A DNA stretch of 64,000 bases, taken from Deltaproteobacteria bacterium. Lineage in GTDB: Bacteria; Myxococcota_A; Polyangia; Nannocystales; Nannocystaceae. The stretch covers positions 1,669,414 to 1,733,413 of the forward strand of contig JADJRA010000001.1 in assembly GCA_016712475.1 (NCBI GenBank), in the 5' to 3' direction. The position numbers and the translations under genes are program-made. Positions 58,033 to 64,000 of this stretch are shown here, piece by piece. The notes beneath the pieces were generated by a model that saw nothing but the letters and a program-made list of their open reading frames with translations, had not been told where the DNA came from and made no database searches. The stretch's first letter is position 1; every line of letters begins with the position of its first letter.

Positions 58033-60051
58033 TCAGAAGCGCGCCGAGATCACCGAGTTCCCGCCGTCGCGCACGACCTCGTCGGCGTGGATCGTGATCA
58101 ACGCGGTCCCCGGTGCCAACCCGAGCTTGCTGCTCAGATCGATCTCCGGCAGGGTGATCTGAGCGAAGCCGTCGGTCCCCAGCTGACCGAGCAGACCCAC
58201 CACCAGCTGCGCCTCGAGCAGCTCGGTGAGCGACTCCTCCATGCCGATGTGCGCGTCGTCGGCGGTGAGTTCGGTCTGCACCAGCTCGACCTCGCCGAGA
58301 TCGATCGAGACGCCGGTCTCACCCGCGTTCAGGCTCATCTCCACCACCAGTGTGGTGAATGCGGTGAACTCGACGGGGTTGCCGTTGCTGGTGAAGCTGG
58401 CATCGATGCGGATGTCGCCGATCGTCGCCAGCAGCTTTCCGCCGGGTCCACAGTCGGAGATCGTCGGCGCGAGCATGCCGCTGACGTCGACCTTCAGGTC
58501 CTCCAGCAGCCCGCCGCCGGCGCCATCGCCCAGCGGGAACTCGAGCAGGCCGCCGCGCCAGCCCGCGAACAGCAGCTGGTTGAGCGTGTCGTCGGCGAGC
58601 ACGATCTCGAGCGGCGCGCTGCGAGGCATCGAGAGCGCCTGCGGGCCGGCCCCGCAGCCGTCGCGATTGGGCACGCCGTCGTTCTCGTAGGGCGTGACGG
58701 CGAGCGTCGGGTAGCCACCGGCACGCAACACCACCGCACCGCCCTGCGGTGGCGAGGGCTCGGGGGGCGCGACGCCGTCGTGGAAGTCGGTGCTGGCGAA
58801 GTCGGCCACCAGCTCGACCGGGATCGACTTGCGCGCGTTGCCGAGGTTGGGAAAGTCGAAGGTCGTCGCCAGCGAGAGGTCCGACAGGCCACCGGCGAGC
58901 GCGGGGCCGAGGTTCGACTCGATCTGGTCCTCGAGTGCGCCCTCGAGGCTCGAGACCAGCGAGTCGTGGATGAAGATCTCGACCACCGACAGCAGGAAGT
59001 TGGTCCAGCCGTTGTTGGACCAGATGTCGACGTCGTCGGGATCGACCGTCGCGTCGACACCCGAGAGCGTCGCGACCAGGTGGTGCTCGGCGTCGACGTC
59101 GATCGAGAGCAGGCCGTCGACTTGCACCGCGGATACGCTCACGCCGCCGGTGCCGTCGCCACCGGCGAGCTCGCAACCGAAGTTGGTGCAGTCGAAGACG
59201 AGGTCGCCGACGATGTCCTGGATCGCCGCGCCGATGTGGATGCCACCGTCGGCGCCCTGCAACGAGACCTCGGCGCTGCCGAGATCGAGCGAGCTGAGGT
59301 AGACGTCGAAGCCCGCACTGCTGGTGATCGGCGTGGTTGGATCGGCGAACTGGTTGGTGTCGAACGACGCCAACGCTAGCTCGAGCGCGGTCGCGAGATC
59401 GTCGAGCGGCAGCGCGTGGTCGCCGTCATCGAGCGACTCCTGACCGAGCCAGAAGCCGAGGCCCTCGGGTACGGGTTGGTCGCCCGCGGTCATCGGCTCG
59501 CGGAAGCCGGTCGACCACAGGAACGACTGCACGCGACGGCGCGCGTTGCCGGCGCTGTCGGTGGCCTCGAACACGAGGAGGTTGCCGCCGACCACCGCAT
59601 CGACGGTGTGGCTGAAGCTGCCGTCTTGCGCGACCTCGACCGGCTCGCCACCGAGCGTCAGGGAGGTGATGTCACCCAGGCCGCTGTGGACGCTTCCGGT
59701 CACCGTGACGCTCGACGACCCGGCCGCGCCGGTCACGGTCGCGGCGCGGGGCGGGTACTCGACATCGATCGCCGGGCGGCAGGCGTTGTCGACCAGCGGT
59801 GCGTGGGTGCAGGTATCGCCGTCACACTGATCGATCGTGCACGGATCGCCGTCGTCGCAGGTGGCCATGCAATCGCCCGCGGTCCCGTCGGCCTCGGCCG
59901 CGGTCGCACTGACCGTATTGCCGCCGCCGCTGCTGTCGCCCGCACTGCCACCGCCGTCGGCATGGCTGGTGTCGTGGCGGCAGGCACCGCACACCAACGA
60001 GGCGACCAGCGCGCCCATGCTCGGAAACCAACCCGCCGCCCGTCCACGCAT
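58033..60051 (-). CDS. large secreted lipoprotein (672 aa)
   Basis: Start MRGRAAGWFPSMGALVASLVCGAC at 60051 (GGTGGA upstream). Asp/Gly-rich and repetitive. The 350-aa N-terminal extension in the track ORF overlaps the divergent gene at 60137 and was rejected. Confidence 0.6.
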   Translation of the reverse strand: MRGRAAGWFPSMGALVASLVCGACRHDTSHADGGGSAGDSSGGGNTVSATAAEADGTAGDCMATCDDGDPCTIDQCDGDTCTHAPLVDNACRPAIDVEYPPRAATVTGAAGSSSVTVTGSVHSGLGDITSLTLGGEPVEVAQDGSFSHTVDAVVGGNLLVFEATDSAGNARRRVQSFLWSTGFREPMTAGDQPVPEGLGFWLGQESLDDGDHALPLDDLATALELALASFDTNQFADPTTPITSSAGFDVYLSSLDLGSAEVSLQGADGGIHIGAAIQDIVGDLVFDCTNFGCELAGGDGTGGVSVSAVQVDGLLSIDVDAEHHLVATLSGVDATVDPDDVDIWSNNGWTNFLLSVVEIFIHDSLVSSLEGALEDQIESNLGPALAGGLSDLSLATTFDFPNLGNARKSIPVELVADFASTDFHDGVAPPEPSPPQGGAVVLRAGGYPTLAVTPYENDGVPNRDGCGAGPQALSMPRSAPLEIVLADDTLNQLLFAGWRGGLLEFPLGDGAGGGLLEDLKVDVSGMLAPTISDCGPGGKLLATIGDIRIDASFTSNGNPVEFTAFTTLVVEMSLNAGETGVSIDLGEVELVQTELTADDAHIGMEESLTELLEAQLVVGLLGQLGTDGFAQITLPEIDLSSKLGLAPGTALITIHADEVVRDGGNSVISARF

Positions 60052-60136
60052 CGCGATCCACCGTAGCACGCTCGACGCGCGCCATCGACCGCCAGGATTT
60101 GGTCTCGGCGACATCGGCTGATGTACTCTGATCGCT

Positions 60137-61663
60137 ATGCCTAGCCCTGGGACTCGTGTGCCTGCAGCCGTGTCGATCGTGGTGCCGAACCGTCGCCTCT
60201 TGCCCCGCGCCACACTCGCTGCCATGGCGATGGCGCTCGGTGCCTGCGCCGATCCGTGCCTCGACGATGGTCTGGGACAGTCGGCGTGTCCGGTGCAGCA
60301 GACCGATGGCGCCAGCGGCAGCAGCACCGGCGAGACCGACTCGAACAGCAACACGATCTCCGACTCCGACTCCGCCAGCGCGACGCTGACCGCGGGCTCG
60401 GCCTCGATGAGCGCATCGGCCAGCGACACCGACACCGACTCGGCCACCGCATCGGCATCGGCCAGCGCGACCGACTCGGCCAGCGCAACCGACTCGGCGT
60501 CGGACTCGGGCAGCGCGAGTGACAGCGAAGGTGGCACGCAGTGGTGCCCCGACGCCGACATGGACGGCTTCGGCGACCCCGAGGGCTGCGTGAACGCGAT
60601 GGACCCCCCGCCCGGCACCGTCGACAACGACGACGACTGCGACGACGGCGACGCGGACACCTTCCCCGGCGCGGCCCCCAACGACGACGCGACCGCGTGC
60701 ATGCACGATGGTGACGGCGACGACTGGGGCGACGACAACCCCGGGCCCGGCGTCGACGCGGGCACCGACTGCGACGACGAGGACGCCGAGACCTTCCCGG
60801 GTGCGGCCGAGGCCGAGGCCGATCCGACCCAGTGCAGCACCGACGCCGACGGCGACGGCTGGGGCGACGCGAACCCCAGCGGCACCGCGGTGCCGGGCGC
60901 CGACTGCTTCGACGGCAACGATGCGCTCAACCCCTCGACGATGGCGCTCACGGCATTCGTGAACCAGGGCTTCCAGCCGGTGGTCGCGACCGCGAGCACG
61001 CTCGACGCCGCACTCTCGACGGTGGCCCCGCTCGACACGCCATTCCAGTGGAACCCGGTGTCGGCGACGATCGACGAGACCGGCCTCATCATCCTCAACA
61101 ACGACTCGCAGAACCGGCTCTACTCCGTCGAGTACCTCGGGGTCTGCGACGGCAGCGAGGCCGAGGGCACGACGACTGCGCTGCCGCAGTCCCACGGCAT
61201 CGACGTCTTCTGCGGCCTCGGCTTCGGCGTCGACGGTCTGCTCTACGGCGTGCAGAACGCGACCGACGAGGTCGCCGAGTTCGATCCCACCACCGGTGCG
61301 GTGCTCAGCTCGGTGCCGCTGACGCTGGGCGGCACGCCGTTCGACGCCGGCTCGTGTGGCATGACCTTCGACTGCCACACCCAGCGCCTGCTCTACGCCC
61401 ACGGCCCCAGCGGTGACATCTTCGCGCTCGACCCCGTCGCCGGCACGCTCGAGCTGGTCGCCGACACCGCCTTCACGTGGTCACCGACCGGCCTCGCCTA
61501 CGATCCCGTCGATCGCGTGGTGTGGGTCGCCGGCGACACGACGATGTATCGCATCGCGATCGACGGCAGCAACACCGTCGAGGAGATCGGCAACTTCGAC
61601 TTCGGACCCGGCGGCGACGTGTCGGTCTCGAACATCGAGACGCTGCCGGTCTGCGTACCGTAG
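60137..61663 (+). CDS. lipoprotein with MopE-type putative metal-binding Cys/Asp repeats and C-terminal beta-propeller-like domain
   Basis: Probable Tat/lipoprotein signal (NRRLLPRATLAAMAMALGAC). Repeats DCDDGDADTFPGAAPNDDATAC and DCDDEDAETFPGAAEAEADPTQC fit the putative-metal-binding (MopE-like) motif. A DSASATDSASDSGSASDS low-complexity tract follows. Confidence 0.65.
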   Translation: MPSPGTRVPAAVSIVVPNRRLLPRATLAAMAMALGACADPCLDDGLGQSACPVQQTDGASGSSTGETDSNSNTISDSDSASATLTAGSASMSASASDTDTDSATASASASATDSASATDSASDSGSASDSEGGTQWCPDADMDGFGDPEGCVNAMDPPPGTVDNDDDCDDGDADTFPGAAPNDDATACMHDGDGDDWGDDNPGPGVDAGTDCDDEDAETFPGAAEAEADPTQCSTDADGDGWGDANPSGTAVPGADCFDGNDALNPSTMALTAFVNQGFQPVVATASTLDAALSTVAPLDTPFQWNPVSATIDETGLIILNNDSQNRLYSVEYLGVCDGSEAEGTTTALPQSHGIDVFCGLGFGVDGLLYGVQNATDEVAEFDPTTGAVLSSVPLTLGGTPFDAGSCGMTFDCHTQRLLYAHGPSGDIFALDPVAGTLELVADTAFTWSPTGLAYDPVDRVVWVAGDTTMYRIAIDGSNTVEEIGNFDFGPGGDVSVSNIETLPVCVP

Positions 61664-61695
61664 CGGCGGGTTGCGCCGAAGCCAGCGTCGATGCG

Positions 61696-62682
61696 CTACG
61701 GGGTCGTGCAGTGAGAGGCGCTGCAGTGATGGCAGCGCCCGCTGCTCGTCGCGTCGTCGACGAGCCGCATCGCTCGTCCATCGAACGCGTAGTGACGGGT
61801 GCGTTCGTGGTGATCGGGCACCATCGACGCACCCCCGCGCGTCGCCCACGACGCGGCGGTGTGCAGTTCGCGGATGCCATGATCGAAGCCGGCGACGTGG
61901 GAGCTGACGTCGACGAACCCGATGAACGTGCCGATGCGGTGGCCGCAGCTCCCGCGCATGACGTAGGCATCGTGGGGCACCTCCCACGGGCAAGTGCCGC
62001 CCTCGGCGTGCGGTACGACCACGTCGAGCTGGCCATCGCCGTCGAGGTCGATGAGCGGCGTCGTCGACAGCAGCCAGCGAACCGAAGATTCGCGGAACTC
62101 GCCTTGCTGATCGATGCCCGACGAGGTCACCAGGATCTCACGGGCCTGCGTAGGCGGCTTCACACAGGGTCCGGGGAGCGACGAGACGGGCTGGTGCCCG
62201 ACCGGGAGCCACTGCACCGTGGCCTCGACCTCGCCGTTGCCGCGCGCGCCGATGTCGACGCCGACGCGGCGATCGTGGCCGATCCACGCGCAGGTGTGAC
62301 GCGGCGCTTCGACACACGGGGTCACGCGCGTGAAGCCACCGGTCTCGAGGACCTCGCCCCACGTCGCCGCGACCTCGGTGTACGACGCATCCGCGACGTG
62401 ATGGCGCAGGCGCAGATCGCCGCCCTCGCCGATCGACACCGACGCATCTGCGGGGTCGTAGATGGACGGGAACAGCAGTGCCGGTGGCCACTCGGCGGGA
62501 CGAGCGAAGGTGTGCGTGCGATCCGGCGCGACCGCGCGCGATGCCGTGCCGGCTGTCTCGGCGACGGTGGGCACAGGACTCGCGTCCGGTGAGGCGTGGG
62601 CGGTCGTCGCGTCTGGCGGGCGCGCCGGCGAGTTGGATGCGGCACAGGCGAATGAGGCGACCCACAACGCACCCGCCGCCAT
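61696..62682 (-). CDS. hypothetical lipoprotein
   Basis: Start MAAGALWVASFACAASNS inside ORF 61696..63780. The upstream part of that ORF is antisense to the serine hydrolase gene and was rejected. Confidence 0.5.
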   Translation of the reverse strand: MAAGALWVASFACAASNSPARPPDATTAHASPDASPVPTVAETAGTASRAVAPDRTHTFARPAEWPPALLFPSIYDPADASVSIGEGGDLRLRHHVADASYTEVAATWGEVLETGGFTRVTPCVEAPRHTCAWIGHDRRVGVDIGARGNGEVEATVQWLPVGHQPVSSLPGPCVKPPTQAREILVTSSGIDQQGEFRESSVRWLLSTTPLIDLDGDGQLDVVVPHAEGGTCPWEVPHDAYVMRGSCGHRIGTFIGFVDVSSHVAGFDHGIRELHTAASWATRGGASMVPDHHERTRHYAFDGRAMRLVDDATSSGRCHHCSASHCTTP

Positions 62683-62784
62683 TGCCCGAGGACGTCTGTG
62701 CTCGGCAACCACGCCAGCGATTCTGCCACGACCGCGTCGGTCTCGCGGCTCGTACCGTCGTTGGCACAGCATGCTGCGCCCCGA

Positions 62785-63918
62785 ATGCGGGTGGCGGCGC
62801 CGAGGCCGATCCGTGGCCGGCGCTCGTGGCATGCTCGCCGCATCCGCGTGGACGACTCGGTTCCGACCAAGGTCTCCGGCCACCTGCGCAAGCGCTTCGG
62901 CCACAACGAAGGCGTGCAGTACTGGTTCCGCACCCCCGACGGGCAGACACGCACCTCGTCGGCGGGCTTCGCCAGCCGTCGGCCGCCACGCCGCGTCACG
63001 CCGGCGACGACGTTCCACTGCTTCTCGACCACCAAGCCGATCACCGCGCTCGCGCTGCTGCAGCTGGCGGCCGACGGCAAGGTCGATCTCGACGCGCCGG
63101 TGCGCGAGTCGTTGCCGGAGATTCCCTACGACAACGGCATGACCGCCCGTCAGCTGCTGTCGCACCAGGGCGGCCTGCCGAACCCGCTGCCGCTGGCGTG
63201 GGTGCACCGCGCCGAGGACCACGCGGGCTTCGACCGGCAGGCCTTCCTCGAGCGCGTGCTGAAAGAGAACCCGCGCGCCGAGCCGCCGGGCAAGAAGGCC
63301 CGCTACTCCAACATCGGGTACCTGCTGCTCGGTGCGATGATCGAGCGCGTCTCGGGCCAGCCCTACCCCGTGTTCGTGCGCCAGCGGATCCTCGACGTGG
63401 TGCGATCGCGCGACGTCACGGCCTTCCTCGACTTCGGGGCGCCGGTCGAGCGACACGCGGTGGGCTACACGCGCGTGGTCTCGGGCATCGGCCTCGCGCT
63501 GGCGTTCATGCGTGATCCCGCCAAGCTGCGCACGCGCGAAGGCGGCTGGATCCGCTACCACCCCTTCCACCTCGACGGCGCCGCGTACGGTGGGCTCGAA
63601 GGCAACGTACGGGGCTGGGCGCCGCTGCTCACCGCGATCGTCGATCGTGATCCCCGGCTGCTGCCACCCGAGTGGTACGCGACATGGTTCGCGCCGCAGT
63701 CGCTCGCCTCGGGTGCGCCGTCGGGCCACGCGTCGTCGTGGTTCACCGGCGACACCGCCGGCCATGCGCACCTGCGCCACGCCGGCGGTGGCTCGGGCTA
63801 CGGCGCCGAGATCCGCATCTACCCCGAACTCGGGGCCGCCAGCGCGATCCTCTGCAACACCACGGTCGTCAGCGACACGCGCATGCTCGACGAACTCGAT
63901 GCGCTGTGGCTGCCGTGA
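62785..63918 (+). CDS. serine hydrolase of the beta-lactamase/transpeptidase-like (class C / esterase) family
   Basis: S-x-x-K motif in FHCFSTTKPITALALL, a YSN-like element (RYSNIGY) and HAGGGSGYG (KTG-like region). Start at MRVAAPR is approximate. Confidence 0.7.
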   Translation: MRVAAPRPIRGRRSWHARRIRVDDSVPTKVSGHLRKRFGHNEGVQYWFRTPDGQTRTSSAGFASRRPPRRVTPATTFHCFSTTKPITALALLQLAADGKVDLDAPVRESLPEIPYDNGMTARQLLSHQGGLPNPLPLAWVHRAEDHAGFDRQAFLERVLKENPRAEPPGKKARYSNIGYLLLGAMIERVSGQPYPVFVRQRILDVVRSRDVTAFLDFGAPVERHAVGYTRVVSGIGLALAFMRDPAKLRTREGGWIRYHPFHLDGAAYGGLEGNVRGWAPLLTAIVDRDPRLLPPEWYATWFAPQSLASGAPSGHASSWFTGDTAGHAHLRHAGGGSGYGAEIRIYPELGAASAILCNTTVVSDTRMLDELDALWLP

Positions 63919-64000
63919 TCCACACCCACGACGATGGAAAAGACCGCGGCCGCTCGATGCGACCGCGGTCCATGCCGTCGTGCACGAAGACGTGCACGCA

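Noticed and set aside
57544-61402. ORFs 57544..59379 (+), 59822..61402 (-) and the first about 350 codons of 58033..61101 (-)
   Set aside because: They overlap better-supported genes on the other strand (58033..60051 and 60137..61663). The true start of the minus gene is fixed by a lipoprotein signal at 60051.
62757-62775. TGGCAC..TGCT sequence resembling a sigma-54 -24/-12 element
   Set aside because: Spacing between GG and GC is wrong by 1-2 nt, and it lies only about 20 nt from the downstream start codon.
62683-63780. Upstream two thirds of minus ORF 61696..63780
   Set aside because: Antisense to the serine-hydrolase gene, which carries a clear S-x-x-K motif. The minus gene was cut back to the lipoprotein start at 62682.

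Overview
This 64 kb window is very GC-rich (about 70-72%) and almost every long ORF has a mirror ORF on the opposite strand, so genes were called on protein plausibility rather than ORF length. One secreted protein (42433..43608) ends in a textbook MYXO-CTERM sorting signal (GCGCRSAG...LLMLGVLRRRR). Together with the many lipoproteins carrying Ser/Thr/Gly linkers, two TPR-containing Ser/Thr kinases and MopE-type Cys/Asp repeats, this places the DNA in a myxobacterium (Myxococcota). It reads as an accessory-rich chromosomal region, not a plasmid or prophage: no integrase, transposase, rRNA, tRNA or CRISPR array was found.

The main contents are:
- A candidate polymorphic-toxin operon (27114..31570, minus strand): a TPR-like 610-aa protein, a PAAR-like (DUF4150-type) protein with a C-terminal HExxH domain, and two small candidate immunity genes. 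It is bordered by a 167-bp MITE-like element with 26-bp perfect terminal inverted repeats.
- A di-heme cytochrome c peroxidase (MauG/MbnH-like) with an upstream lipoprotein partner that may be MbnP-like.
- A four-gene efflux operon (TolC-like / FtsX-type permease / ABC ATPase / HlyD) next to a divergent NarL-type two-component system whose sensor looks membrane-embedded.
- A cydA gene with no cydB, immediately downstream of a Tat-secreted isoaspartyl peptidase/asparaginase, flanked by short repeat scars.
- Two paralogous modules, each a Ser/Thr kinase with TPRs divergent from a VOC/PhnB-like gene.
- A segmental duplication that leaves a TetR pseudogene and a truncated methyltransferase fragment.
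- A group of copper- and heme-related secreted proteins: a Cu-monooxygenase-like protein with an N-terminal CxxCH, two paralogous single-CxxCH lipoproteins, and a MopE-repeat lipoprotein.

Gene coordinates follow the supplied ORF track; starts are chosen from signal-peptide or RBS logic, and positions I read directly from the printed sequence may be off by 1-2 nt.
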